Source: Cenococcum geophilum
Lineage: Eukaryota
Length of the DNA: 64,000 bases
Direction of reading: 5' to 3'
Assembly (NCBI GenBank): GCA_050273025.1
Contig: CP158635.1
Span: 23,870,001 to 23,934,000 of the forward strand
In this document: in pieces, positions 38,181 to 51,100 of the stretch
Layout: every line of letters starts with the position of its first letter
Numbering within the stretch: position 1 is the first letter of the stretch
Made by a program: the position numbers and the translations under genes
Notes under the pieces: model-generated
The model's input: the letters and a program-made list of their open reading frames with translations, nothing else
What the model was told of the DNA's origin: nothing
Databases searched by the model: none

Positions 38181-38957
38181 TTCGGCCTTTCCCTGCAGTA
38201 GTAGATGTCATGAACGGCTGGCGCTTGCGGCAATTTGGTTTATGGTGGTCATTTCTTTACGGTACCTGCAGATATCAAGAATTTGGCAGAAGCATAAGAA
38301 GGGCCTGTCTCATGAAGTCTCATATTTCAGTCAAGAGGCTGCTTTGCACATCTAGGTATCATTATGATAATCGGGGTGATACCCAATAGACGCGTATTGT
38401 GCTTTCTAGATACACTTTGCTATCAATTTTTTACGCTTTCACGTAGATCTTCAAAAATGCGAAAGCTTGGAATAAAGACATAAAGTTTATTAACTCAACG
38501 AATGCCGCAAAGCAAAGCGCGATTTTGGAACCATTGCCGCAGTGATTTACGGAGCTTGGAGTGTATTCGATATTTCGCCCCCCAACCTCCCCCCCCCCTC
38601 GCCCCTTCCCAAAAGAAAAGACGTTTTGCTGCTCTGGTTTTTGGGATGATCTCTATGCTCTTCTAACAGCTGTTAATCGAGCGGCACCGACTACTTCGTA
38701 CAAAGGGCCTCGGGGCGCCAAGTTCGTTTTGGGATCCAAAGACAATTTATGGCAGCAGGAGTTGAAGCAAAATCAAGTTTCTTCTATATAATATCGTGAA
38801 AAATATAAGGAAGTGGAAGAGATCAAATAAGAGTGAAATCTTCGTTACTGCACTATTAATTTTTTTGTAGGGCAAAGAAAAGCAAAATAGCGTAGGAAAC
38901 ATAGCAGGAAAGTGTATAAAACCACCATCTTCTTTCTCCTAAAGCTCGCTCTTACCC

Positions 38958-40345
38958 CTACTCAACCTCTTCACCCTCTTCCCGACCCGCATTCATGCTG
39001 TGTTCCTTCTTCTGGTGTCTGAAAAGATCCCTTCTACGGAAATAACCTTTGCCGCCGATACGGTCACACCCGAGCTCAGGGCACGGAAACGGCGACTCGT
39101 CATGAACCTTCTTCATGTGCTTTGTATACTCTGAGACTTTCCAGAAAGCACTATTCTCGATCGAAAAACTCTCTGGCCTCCACTCCGGGCAGTCCTTGTG
39201 TGGACAGGACTTCCCTCTAACGAAATTGTTTCTAGCTTCATCTTCTCCAATATGATGGTAGTTGCGTAAGTGCTGTGTTAAGTGGTCCTTGCGTTTGAAA
39301 CCATTCACGCCTCGATGCTTCTTACAGTGGGGGCAGGCATAACGTTTGACGTCATCTTCGTGAATCTTTAGGTGTCGTTCGTATGAGTCATATCGAGAAA
39401 AGGCAGAACCACAGTCAGGCTGCTCACAAATGAAAGCTGCATGCCCCGTTTCCTCGGCATGGTCGCTTAATCTGTTCTTGGAGCTGAATGCTGCACCACA
39501 TTCGGTACACGAACGCAACTCTGGATGTGCTGCTCTCATATGATAGGAGATATACCATAAAATGTGGGACTTTTCAGTACATTCGCGGATGGGGCAAGCA
39601 TAGGCCGCGTTACCAGTCACAGAATCATGAACGTGTGAGCTAGCTACTTCAGTGCCACAGGAGGCACTATCTTTGTCCGAAGCCACGCTCTCTGTGTGAA
39701 AAACAGGATGGTGGGTCCTAGAAGTTATGAGTCAAGATGTTTAAGAAGTTAAGAAGTGGGGTACATACCCGGAAGCTACATTTGGATAGGCTGTAGGATC
39801 AGGTAACTCATGCTGTGTGATTTTGTTTTGGGTATAACACGTGTCTTCATCGTGACTATTAAGTGAAGCACCCAAGGGGCCAATCTCGGGGACTAAAAGA
39901 GATTCTCCGTTCACTGCAATTGAATCGGAAGATAGGACCTGTTCCCAAGGCTCTGGGTTGTCCGTAGGAAATTTTCCTAGGTTAAAAGTTTGCCCGAGTG
40001 GCTGAAGCAATCCGGAATTTGGGATTTCATTTTGCACCATGCCGTGTACGGTGGCGTCAGGAAAGGCTAGATGTTCATTGCAGGGGATTCCGAACAGGGA
40101 GCTTGCTAAATCTGTGGCAGATCCATATTCTTCGTAGGGCCCAGCTGTAGATGGAAATGCGTCATTGGGGCCTACGGGGGTTATGTTCGAAGATGACGAT
40201 GTGAGGAAGGAATGGTCGAGGTTTAAGCTGGAATGATTGGACGAGATTTGTGGCGTCCAGGTATCCCAATAATGATGATGGTTTTGACCCCTTCGCCCTT
40301 TTTGTTAGCAAGGTGTAAAAAAAAAACTCACCCAGAATTTTCCAT
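38958..40345 (-). CDS. Multi-C2H2 zinc-finger transcription factor (probably 3 exons)
   Basis: Several fingers: CTECGAAFSSKNRLSDH, CEQPDCGSAFSRYDSYERHLKIH, CPHCKKH...FKRKDHLTQHLRNYH, CPELGCDR...FRRRDLFRHQKKEH. The start at 40345 (MENSG then GTGAGT) is inferred. Confidence 0.8.
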
Positions 40346-41115
40346 ATGGAAATGATTGGAGGTGTTAGCGAAGTTGCAGTGTGTTATTCCTAAAGAGATC
40401 GGAGGCTGAAACACGGCCGGGAGGGAAGAGCTGATCAGAAAAGCGGCGATGAGCTGAGTAACTGCAGCGCAGTGGTGGGCAGAGTTTTTGGTGCATGGGA
40501 AGGTAGGGGCCAGCACTCAAATCTATAATTCCGGCCATAGCCTTGTCGCTGCTTTAACGACCGACCTTGAAAAAGGGCGGTATCACGCATAGCCAAGTAT
40601 TGGCACCATTACGTGTCTTTCTACATAGAAAAAGGGCGAGCAGATTGCTTGCAGGTTTTCTCAGTCTTCCAGCCTCGTCTAAAGAACTCTCTGTCTGCAT
40701 GAGCATTGGAGATACTAGGGAGAATAGCAGCGGAAAGGGTTCCTAGGGCAGCAAAGAATCACCAAGAGTAACGTACCGTCGCAAAAATGCTTGCAAACGA
40801 GAAATAGAAATTAGGGGCTACAAATTATGTTCCGTTTTTCTGTAATTGGCTGTAGTAATTGGATCTACCTATGATTGGAGTGTCGGAAATTCTACGGAAG
40901 TCCAAATAAACCGAAGGCGAAGGGTAACATCAACCGTGGCATTCATCAGAAGCTGCACTCGCGGAAGCTTAATTTGACTAAAACAGCTGGCTCAGAGAAA
41001 ATTCTACAGTCCTTCATTCCAGAAACAATCCTAAACTTTTCAACAAACAAACTTCTGTGTGTTAAGTTTATTAAATGTACTAGCTCAGCTATCGATCCCG
41101 CACCCTCATCTCACG

Positions 41116-42055
41116 ATGTCCACCCGCGGCCAATTCAACACCAAGAACCCAACGATAAAGCGCATTCGTATCTCTCCCCCACCCAACTTCTCCAATGTCC
41201 CTTATCCTCACTAACCATCTTCCAACAGTCAAAGAAGCCTCCGAGCTCGCCTCCAATGCCTCGCCCGACTACCACGCCGAGCCTCTCGAAGATAACCTCT
41301 TCGAGTGGCACTTCACACTGCGCGGCCCGCCCGCCCCCTCCCCCTACGCTACAGGCATCTACCACGGCCGCATAATTCTGCCACCTACCTACCCGCTCCG
41401 CCCGCCATCCTTCCGCTTCCTAACGCCGTCCGGCCGCTTCGAGGTCAACCGTGAGATCTGTCTCAGCATCAGCGGACACCACGAAGAGACATGGCAGCCG
41501 GCATGGGGCATCCGGACCGCGATGGTGGCGATACGGAGTTTCATGGATACGGACGCGAAGGGCCAGGTTGGGGGGATCGAGTGCAATGAGGCGGCGCGGA
41601 AGAGGATGGCTGGGGAGAGTGCGGGGTTCAGGTGTCCGAGCTGCGGGAAAGTCAACGCGGAGATTATGCGTGAGCGAGAAGAGGCGGCCAAAAGCATGGA
41701 GGCTGGCGGTGAGAAGATGAAGGAGGAGGTTGTGCCGGAGGAGCTGAGGTTGGCATATCGGGAGGACTTGGGCAAGGACGCTGCGGAAGAGGAAGGAGCT
41801 GCGAAGGCTGAGGCGAAGGGGAAGGAGAAGGTGGAAGGCGATATACCAGCGCCCGTGCCATCAACTCAAGTTGATTCGCCTGCTGTGCAGCCGTCAACAA
41901 ATAGTACGATAGCGCCCCCGCCGACTCGAACTGTACAGCTCCCTCAACCGCCAGCAGCACAGCGCTCCACCGAGGGGTCGCCCGCATGGATTGACCACGC
42001 GATTTACGGCATTCTTGCTGTCCTGATATTTATGGTGTTGCGGAAGGTATTCTGA
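41116..42055 (+). CDS. ER-anchored ubiquitin-conjugating enzyme, UBE2J1/Ubc6-like (exons 41116-41167, 41229-42055)
   Basis: NPTIKRI|LKEASEL, PLEDNLFEWHFTLRGPP, YHGRIILPPTYPLRPP, TPSGRFEVNREICLSISGHHEETWQPAW, C-terminal TM helix. Confidence 0.92.
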
Positions 42056-42799
42056 AGACTTCCACGATGCATATATTAGCGTTTCTGGGAAGTTTGGTAT
42101 TTGTTAGAAGAACTCCAGGAAGGTAGAATGGCGATTGGGCGTTAATAGAGATAGTTATTACGGGCCATGATGGGAAACTGTTTAGGCTTCGGTGCAGGGC
42201 GTGGTTAGGCTTATGGACATATGTGTTCACAAATGAATTGGAATGTACAGAGAATGTTTTATACTTTAGGGCGATATTCTAGGCTAAATTAAATGAGCTT
42301 GCTTCGAAATTCCCAGTGTTTAAGAAGGCATGAGGTATTGCGCATGGCCCAGGGTATCTGCCGCTTCTACTCCGTTATGCCACCTTCGCGACGTCACTAG
42401 CATGTAGTGCTTAGAAGCTACTAGCGTGCTTTATTAGAAGAACGTATTAGCAATGAAGCAAGCCCCATGCCTCTTTAAGCTTCACTGTACTACCGACCCA
42501 CTGGCTTGTCACTCTCTAACCCAACAAGATTCTGCCATCAAACATACCAAATTTGTCGTATCTTACGCCACTGCCTGATTAGCTTTTCTTAGGCTTGTAA
42601 TGCTCTTTTCTTCCTGCCTCGCTCTCCCCACCTCTTCCTCGCAGACTCCAAAGTACGCCGGGAAGTTCAAAAAGGCGAAGTCTAGCATCGATTTCGTAAA
42701 TATATGATTGGACATATTCTTGTAGCTTCTGCGGAATGCTACAGTATAGCCATGACATTTAAACAGCATCAAAGACATCCGAACCGTACAAGCTAAAAA

Positions 42800-44613
42800 T
42801 TAGCCCACTCTTGCAGGCAAAACATCGAGCTCTACATCCGCCAACGTAGCATCTGAAACAATGCCATGCCTACGCTGGGGCTGCACAACACTACGTAGGC
42901 GGTCCGCAATCTTCACCACCGACGACCTGACGGACCCAGAGCGCTCAAAAGCCTCGTTAATCGACTCGAGTGTCTGGCCGCGCGTCTCAGGCATGAAGAG
43001 CGAGCAGACGATTGCTGTGAGCAAGGTTGCTGAGCCGAAGAGGAAATAGACGCCGAAAGTCGAGTTGGCGAGGAAGATGGGAGTCGTGAAGGCCACTATC
43101 CAATTAACGATCTAAAACTGCTTTTTAGCATCACGTATCTTAGTGTTCAGTGGGTTGCAGTGAGAGAGAAGGACGCACCCAGTTCGAGCTGTAGGCTAGA
43201 CTCGTCGCTGCGGCGCGCGTCTCTGGCGGCTGGATCTCGCTTGCGTACACTTTGATGCCGACAGCCCAGGTGATGCTAAAGAAGATCGCGAAGAGATAGA
43301 TCATCACAATTACAACCCAGCGACCAGCACCGTAGCTTCCATAGACGCTATGGGAGGCGTACAAGGATCCTATAAGGATCATGCAGGCAGACAGACTTAG
43401 GCCGCCGGCAATTGTAGAGGTACGGCGGCCCCAGCGGTCGGAGAGGAGAAATGCGGGGATGGTGGCGAGGAAGATGAGAAGTGCAGAGATGCCGGATGCG
43501 AGAAAGGAGGCTTGTGAGCTGCTAAGGCCGGCTTGTTGGAAGAGGAGGGGGGCGTACTGGAGCCTATTAGCTGGTGCCTTATATGATAGTGGCATCAGTA
43601 TCTAATGGCAGGCTATCTGAGAATATAAAAGGGGTGTGACTTGCATAAAGCACTCCGTCAATTCCACTCAGCTGCTGCATGCCCATTAGAAACACACCCA
43701 GTGCAGTCCTCTTCCACACTTTATGCCGAAACACTTTGAAGAGATCCCGGCGCCTACTCCTACTCTCCGCATCTGGCACTACGACAGCTTGCTCTTGCTC
43801 CTTCTCCCGCTCCGCTCCAGACACACCAAGGACATCCCATGTCTTCACGGCCTCATCCCTGCGTCCAACCGAGGTGAGCCAGCGCGGTGACTCGGGGAGT
43901 AGCAGCACACATGCAGCAGCAAAACCTAGGGCCAATCCAGCTTGCAATGCGAACGGCAGACGCCACGATACGGACGACGATATGTTAACGGTACCGTAGC
44001 AGACGAAAAATCCAGTGCAGATGCCGATAGTGACGAGAAGCTGCGGGATAGAAGCCAGAGGGCCACGGTATGCTGGCGGCGCAATTTCGCAGATATAACT
44101 AGTGAGGTTAGAACTAGCCCTGCTTCCCGCAGAGATGGATCGAGAGCCGCTCACACTACAAGTGTACTGAGGAACAAACCTTCGCCAACCCCCGTAATGA
44201 CACGCCCTACAAACAGCATAGCAAGCCTCACAGAGGCTGCTTCAAGTGCTGCACCTATGCCGAAAATCACACTCCCAATTGCAATGCCTTGTACGCGCCC
44301 CAGTCGATCTGCTAGATGGCCGGCAAAGAATGATGCTGTGGCTGCGGGCAGGAGGATAGACGATACGACAAGCCCGTGCAAGGTGGAAGAGAGATGGCCA
44401 ATGCTAGTTACGAACTGGGGCATCGTGGTAATTGGGCCGATGCACCCTGTATCGAGCCTGAAGGGGTGCAGTTTTGAGCATGGATCTATTTTGTTTCCTC
44501 AGAATATCTGTGCTAACTCACCCAAAGAGGCAACCGCCGAAAGCTATGAGCACTGATGCTAGAGCATATTTAGGAGGATGGCGGAGAAGTGTAAGATATG
44601 AAGTGATAGTCAT
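42800..44613 (-). CDS. MFS sugar porter (multi-exon)
   Basis: FGGCLFG/DTG, LADRLGR, GRVITGVGEG, YICEIAPPAYRG, WRLPF, LPESPRWL, QQLSGIDGVLY|YAP, SDRWGRR, SEIQPPETRA, PETRGQTLE. Confidence 0.92.
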
Positions 44614-45201
44614 GTTGGTGGTGAACTCAGGTCAATGTTTTGGATTGTGACTGAAGGAGGTCATAACCTGTAACCAAAGCATCACAGTGCCCACATATCT
44701 CTTATATATATAATACTCAGCCGATGCAAATGAATCATTAACAGGGCAGGGGGTTCGCCTTTGTGGTTGACAGTGGATTAGCACTATAGCCAACGGGATG
44801 AGGTTGATTGTGCCAGTATTACGAAACATGCCGTGCACCGAGAGCGGATTCCCCGGGATAATTCCGAACGGAAAAGGAATCAGCCTTAGCACGTTGAAAT
44901 TGGTCCTAAGCTTATCGATAAGAAGTGGCCACTTAGATTAGCTGAATTTGGTACGCGTTGTTTTGGTTCTGGTGTTCATGCACGGGCCTTCTTCTCTTAG
45001 GCTCGACGTGCTAAGGGATAGTCAGTCAGAAGTTCCATTCTCATTATATGGTTTTATAAGATAGGCAAACTACTGGAAAGAGGAAGTAATCTCGAACAAT
45101 ATCACTTTTGGCCCGTTGACGCCGTGGGTGAGAGCGGAGCTTCACAGGCACCGCAACAGCAAAAAGGACTTGAAATGATTTTAAGAGGACCTGCTATCCT
45201 C

Positions 45202-47436
45202 TTATCTTAAGGTGACGAGCCTCCATTTCCTGTTCTTTAGCCCAATCCAGTCTTCTTCGGGTATACTAACAAATCCATTTCGAAGGGCTATACCATTGTT
45301 CCAACCCACAGACAAAGCATGTAACATACGCCCATTTCCGGATAGCCTAGATATTGTTCCCGCGCCCACTAGAGCCTCGCCCCCGATAATTACTAGATCG
45401 AGAATTGAGATTTCGTGGTCGACATCTAAATCATCACCTTGTGCGGTCTTCAGGCTTGAAGAGCAAATTGATTTAGGAAGTTTCGGATCATTGAACGGAA
45501 CGCAGATTCTGGTTTCCAAATTAGGTATTGCTTTTAGAACCTCTCCAGTCGTCGATAAACAGGTGTGACGAGGGGGGCCTCGCCTGTGCGGATTTGGACG
45601 CTCGATGAAGAAGTAGATTGTAGCTGTGCTAGTCCAGAAAGTCAAGAATCCGGAATGGAGTACCTCTTCGCCAGCAGTAATATCAACCAGTTTTTCGATT
45701 GTTTGAGGCAGCTCGAGCCACTGTGGAGCTGGACTTCTAGAAACACCCGCGGAAGTATGCACAGGAGACGACTGGGTAATTCTAACTAACTTTCCGCTAA
45801 TTAGGCGGCTATAGAATGTTATAATGCATGATTCGAGCGCAGTTCCTTTCTCAGACGTTCTAATATTCCGGGCGCCTCCGCAGCACCACGAGGACCAGCT
45901 CCAGGTTGGGAATGGTAACTCGCGAGCTGTGCCGTCTTGCATCAGAACCGTCTGGGAACAGGTGTTTCTGCGACGATTAGAGACTGATGATATTGTCCAC
46001 GTGAGTGAGTTCGCAAAATGCGACTTTGGTAGACCCCAGATGAACTCATCACCCCCTAACAGTGCTAGGGCCCTTGTCGCACCAGCAAACGCATTCAAAA
46101 TATCCGATCCGAAAGATAATTGCCGCACACTGTATCCTCGAAGTAGTCGGCTATAAATTTCGTAAAACTTGTCTGATTCGGTCTTCACACTTCGGTAGCA
46201 TGGTTTCCACTCGGCCAGGCTTCTTGGGATTGTGACATCATCATGCACCAGCAATTCGAGGACATTCATCTTGACGGGCTCTTCCGACTCTAAGAATTTC
46301 TCTTCGAGCCAGCTTGCCGTCTTGCAATGCCAATAAATCTGCTTTTCTCGGAAGATTAACAGCCGCCGGGAGAAGAGACGCTCTTGAAACGTCCATGCTC
46401 TTGTTTGCCATGGAGATATTCGATCATAAATAGACAGGGGACTGGTGCTATCATCGACGATTTTGAGAAGACTAATGGTAGGCAAATGGATAATATCTTG
46501 GCGGACGTCCCTAGTACCGGGACGAACGCCTTGAAGCCCCGAACCCGCGTCTCCCGCGGCGGCCACGATGGTCAGAAGTGCCCTTGAGTAGATAGCACCC
46601 ATCTGGGATATTTGGTCCTGCTGGCTCGCTGGGTCATCTTGGAAGATACAGAGTGTATCAATCCAGCAGTACTGCTCACCAATGGCTTCGGTTACCTGTA
46701 TAGCATCCTTAATGGTTGCAGGTATGTTTTCTCCTTCAAGTGCTCCTTTCTGGCTAAGTATTGGCCAATCTGCATGCGTGAGTTTCTTTTGCTTCGCTGA
46801 ACCCCATACGTATGATAGTGCAACGAAACGACATGCTGGCGGCGCAGTAGTGACACATGAATGTTTCACATCTATCACCAGTAGATTTTCCGGCTGAGGA
46901 GGGGATCGCGGCCAAATTGGCAAATGGCATTTATCTCCATGATGACTTTCGCAGAGATCCAGCCATTTCTTAAACAGAACTGGATCCGCCGTTTCTTCAA
47001 AAAGCCGTCCAGAGAACCTGCTTGCATGTGTTTCCCCGAGCAACCTATCCGAATCTCCATCCAAGCCAAACCCTCTTGGAACCGGATTGAGACAAACTTG
47101 AAATGTAACGGATTGAAACTTTTCAGATTCTACGATGAAATCAACATGCCGAGGGTGGTGGCACTCCAGAAACTCATCATGCTTGGCGGACCATTGCATA
47201 GGACAAAGGCAGAAGTGCACTGCTTGGAGAATGCAATGAGCGTCTTTCGAGATTCTCGTTGTATCAAAGCTCTGCTCTAATAATTGGCACAATGAGCAGA
47301 GCCGTTTCCTGGTGATTATATCCCCGATGGAGCCTATATCGACATCTTTGACGTTATATTGTAGGCCATTATCCCCAAATATATGACGCTGAAAATCAAT
47401 CCCGGAGCAAATCTCGCATAACTTAACGCTCGCCAT
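45202..47436 (-). CDS. HET-domain (heterokaryon incompatibility, TOL-like) protein, 744 aa, single exon
   Basis: N-terminal CEIC and CSLC, then WLDLCESHH, FVALSYVWG, IPATIKDAI, YCWIDTLCIFQDD, QMGAIYSRALLTIVAAAG, PWQTRAWTFQERLFSRR, DILNAFAG, FPTWSWSSW. Confidence 0.92.
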   Translation of the reverse strand: MASVKLCEICSGIDFQRHIFGDNGLQYNVKDVDIGSIGDIITRKRLCSLCQLLEQSFDTTRISKDAHCILQAVHFCLCPMQWSAKHDEFLECHHPRHVDFIVESEKFQSVTFQVCLNPVPRGFGLDGDSDRLLGETHASRFSGRLFEETADPVLFKKWLDLCESHHGDKCHLPIWPRSPPQPENLLVIDVKHSCVTTAPPACRFVALSYVWGSAKQKKLTHADWPILSQKGALEGENIPATIKDAIQVTEAIGEQYCWIDTLCIFQDDPASQQDQISQMGAIYSRALLTIVAAAGDAGSGLQGVRPGTRDVRQDIIHLPTISLLKIVDDSTSPLSIYDRISPWQTRAWTFQERLFSRRLLIFREKQIYWHCKTASWLEEKFLESEEPVKMNVLELLVHDDVTIPRSLAEWKPCYRSVKTESDKFYEIYSRLLRGYSVRQLSFGSDILNAFAGATRALALLGGDEFIWGLPKSHFANSLTWTISSVSNRRRNTCSQTVLMQDGTARELPFPTWSWSSWCCGGARNIRTSEKGTALESCIITFYSRLISGKLVRITQSSPVHTSAGVSRSPAPQWLELPQTIEKLVDITAGEEVLHSGFLTFWTSTATIYFFIERPNPHRRGPPRHTCLSTTGEVLKAIPNLETRICVPFNDPKLPKSICSSSLKTAQGDDLDVDHEISILDLVIIGGEALVGAGTISRLSGNGRMLHALSVGWNNGIALRNGFVSIPEEDWIGLKNRKWRLVTLR

Positions 47437-47639
47437 TGCGGTTTAGCTGATGCTGTAAGGCCCAAACTAGCAGGAGAGTATATCGCCAAGAATACCGGAA
47501 ACCTCAAGGAGTTACTTGAGCACTAAAGTTAATGAATGCAATCGAGGTCGGGGGAGGGATCAGTTAGGCTTTATCTCATAAATCAGACGCTCCGTAGTAG
47601 ATTTTGGTTACGGGGCAGGGGAAGCACGTGCAGCGGCTC

Positions 47640-48100
47640 CCTATACCCCCCCCCAAATCTTCTGCGAAGCGTCTGAGAGCTTATAGGCGTCGTTTGGGTG
47701 TAAACTAAATGGTTTAAAAATCAGTTTTATATGTTTTTACAAGCTATATCATAACCACGATAGCTATATTATATATTAATATAATAGGTTCTTTAGGTAA
47801 TTATATCTTTATAAATATATACTATAACTATAACGTGTCCCGCTCTACGTCGCCATAAGGCTAAAAAGATAGACAATGCTTACGAATCTATCGCGACTGT
47901 TGCGGGATCCAATATATACACTCTTACAATAACTCTATATCTAGAATATTTAAGGGGCGAGATACATTATTATAGAACGTAAGCTAGATTTTAAAACGCA
48001 TCTTCGTAGATTTTAAACTAAAACCGACCGATAGCCTATATCCAACTTCTTGTAGAATAGAGCTACGATATCGCCATAATATAGAAGTAGTAGAGAAGAT
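47640..48100. mobile_element. Short RIP-like AT-rich relic between the two HET genes
   Basis: Abrupt TpA-rich stretch without ORF; unclassified. Confidence 0.35.
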
Positions 48101-48108
48101 AAAAAGCT

Positions 48109-51100
48109 TTAATGTAGTCGAAAAACCCATTCCTTAATTCCCTTCAATCCCTTCGCTTCACCATTCATCAGCCCATGTATATAGCACTCTCCGACAAGGC
48201 CATGTACCCCATTTCTTGATTCGCTTTCCCTTACGAGGAAAGGAACTCCACCTCCATTGAAAACAGCAACGGCATCTCCCACACTAGCAGACCCAGGCGC
48301 CACTCCGGCATATCCCCTCTTTGTTGTAACAAACCTCCATCCGGAAAGATGGTCTTGGAGGGCGAACGCATAGTTCAAGCCCGCCCCGTTCAAGACCTCA
48401 TCGTTTACTTTGCTCTTGGATCCTTGGGTAGAGTCAGATGCTAAGTCTAAACGAAGAGCTTTATACGATGAGCGAAGATCCATGGTTCCAGAGGCTGATA
48501 TCCTCGGATGCAAGGCACCCGCGATAGGAACTTTCCATTTCAAATCAGAGAGGCTTTCCGAAGCATATGCCGGATATCGCTTCAACGAATCTATCATCGA
48601 GTCGACCTCCTCTAGGTATGCCCGCAGCTGACCTAGGTCATTTCTCATGCTGCTGATGGTTATCAACACATCCACTTGATAGCCATGAATTTCAAGCTCG
48701 TCCGATGAAGGATCACAAGAGGTTTCTGGCTCTGCAACCCATGAAGCGTTGCGGTTCATGCCACGGCTTGAAGAGTCGTAGAGACTGCTCGGCCTGGGGA
48801 TGGTCCAGTTTGGGATCCAGGAAGGAAATCGTGATGGTTGAGATCCAAGACCTGCTCGGTAGAGTAACAGCATTACTTTGCCTTGCTTAATAAATGCACA
48901 TGCATATCTCCGAACAATAACCTCCAAAGGCGCGTCATAACTGGGCTCAAAAGCTAAGTTGTCCCCGTCTGACGCAAAACCAAGTAATGCAAAGAGGCGG
49001 TCACGTCTTAACGTTGATTCGGCGGCACGGAACGATTCAAGCAGACGTATAAGCGACCAACGGGTTTGCCGTGCTTCCCATTCCCTTTGCTTTGCCAATT
49101 CAAGGAAGGGCTCCCACGCGAATTTAGTGCGGAATATGTCATTCCTTGAAGTCCGGAACTCTCGATCTATCGTTTCGACGGCACTGAAGAGATCATTCCA
49201 GTCAATATTCCATTTACCACATATTATTCGGACACCGGCGGCAAGAACCACTTCCTGAATTACCCAAATCCTTCGGAACCAGGGACGCTGGAAGAACTCT
49301 ATGATGTCGCCCCACATTCTATCGTCATGAGGTGGTATAGACTGATCACTCCATGAAGCTGGGATAGGTGAAATGCACTTCGGCCATAGTACTGACGTAT
49401 CTTTCGCTCTAATCTGCATGAGTGTTTCTATTGCATGGTGGCTCCGGTCATCTTGGCCAAGGAAAACTATGACGGAAGTTGCCCTCTGGAAAATGTGAGG
49501 GAGTAGTCGGATTTGCTGTGCCTTCTCTTTCTTGTCATTCTGATTGATACATATAGCGTCTACCCATAGAATCACAGGTTCCTTTTTCTGGCGCAAATGC
49601 CGAAGAGCTGCGTGCAAGGACGGTGTTACATCCAATATCCCAGCTTGAGTCGACAGCATTTGTGGCTGCAAATGGGTGCCCCATACATAAGAGAGTGCTT
49701 GATACTGATCCGATCTCTCTATAGAAGTGTGGAATATGACGATTCGCAATGTCTCTTCACCATTCCCTGGCAGTACAATGAGTAGGCGTATCTCGGCATC
49801 ACGCAGTGGCCTGTGAGAGTACTTATGGAATGTGCCCGGTTCTTTCACCCCGATAATTGTATTCCCGGGTAATGGGACGATGTTGTTATTTTCAGGCAAA
49901 GGTTGTAGAGTCATAGCGCTCTGCACATAGTAACTGTCGCCTGGTGCGGCACTTGGTGTGGAAGGCCAGCGCCCATGACGACGATGAGATAGATATGCCG
50001 CATTCGAACTGGAAGACAACTTATTGCGTCGCTGGGGTTCAACCATAGTATTCACCGAACAGTAAGCCATGTGCTGCCCTGGTGTTAGTGTATGGTCTAT
50101 ACGGGCTTTAAAGTCGCAGTCTCCCAGCAGCATCAAGCCGTCCGATGCATATAACTTCCACGGATCCACATAAAAATCGATGCAAAAACCAGAATAAAGA
50201 TCACTGATTTTCATTAAAATGATGATGTCAGTTGGCGAATCTTTTCCAGGTTTACGACGATATTTCCGTATCTATTCACTCGGTGTTAGTTTCAATTACT
50301 GAAAACATAGGGTAGAAGGAAAGGAATCGGCCTAGGTATTAAAGGCCTGAATTGAGGTGCAAGGAAGGAAAATAGTTGTGGCGCAGAATGCATAAATACT
50401 ACACTAACCCTTTCGATTTGCGATAGACTCAAGGGAAAAGGAGCACTTCTACCGCCGGTCGTGACAGCGACCTCAAAATGGTAGTTAGGCTCACCCAGAA
50501 TTCCCAATCCTGCTTCATGATAATCCTGTACCGCTAAAAGAGCTGCAATGTGTGGAGATATGTCGCCCTCATTGAATGTAAATGAGGCATGATTCTTTGA
50601 AACGGATGAAGGCAGGTAGCCGGCTCTCGTCGACAGAAGACTCGTCCAATGAACTGATGGATCATACAATGCCCCCAGGTGTTTTGCGAAAAATTCTGAG
50701 GCCTGTGGGCCATTGTGTCAACCATTTATTTGGAATTGGAAACGGCAAAGTGATTTACTCACCATAAGCTCCCCTATGTATTGGATATGCAGGGCTGATT
50801 CTGTCCCAAAGGTTCCGTGGGTTTGGAGATCCTTTACATAGATACCATCCGGCTGAAATTCTGTACGAAACGGCAAACATCTTCCGCTGTCCTGTTTCAT
50901 CATTCTGTTCTTCATGGGTTCGCATTTACTAGTGGAGCCAATACCGTCTATCATTACGAGACGGATTCCGTCGGCCCGCTCGCCATCAGAATTATCATCA
51001 GGAATCACATCAGAAAATTGATGCTCCTTGCTTCTCATGCCTCTGATCTCCTCTTTGCTTTGAGTGAATGGTGACGGTATTATCGGAATGTCGCCTGAGG

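Noticed and set aside
43942..44556. 204-aa plus-strand ORF
   Set aside because: Antisense to the MFS transporter exons; no independent motif.
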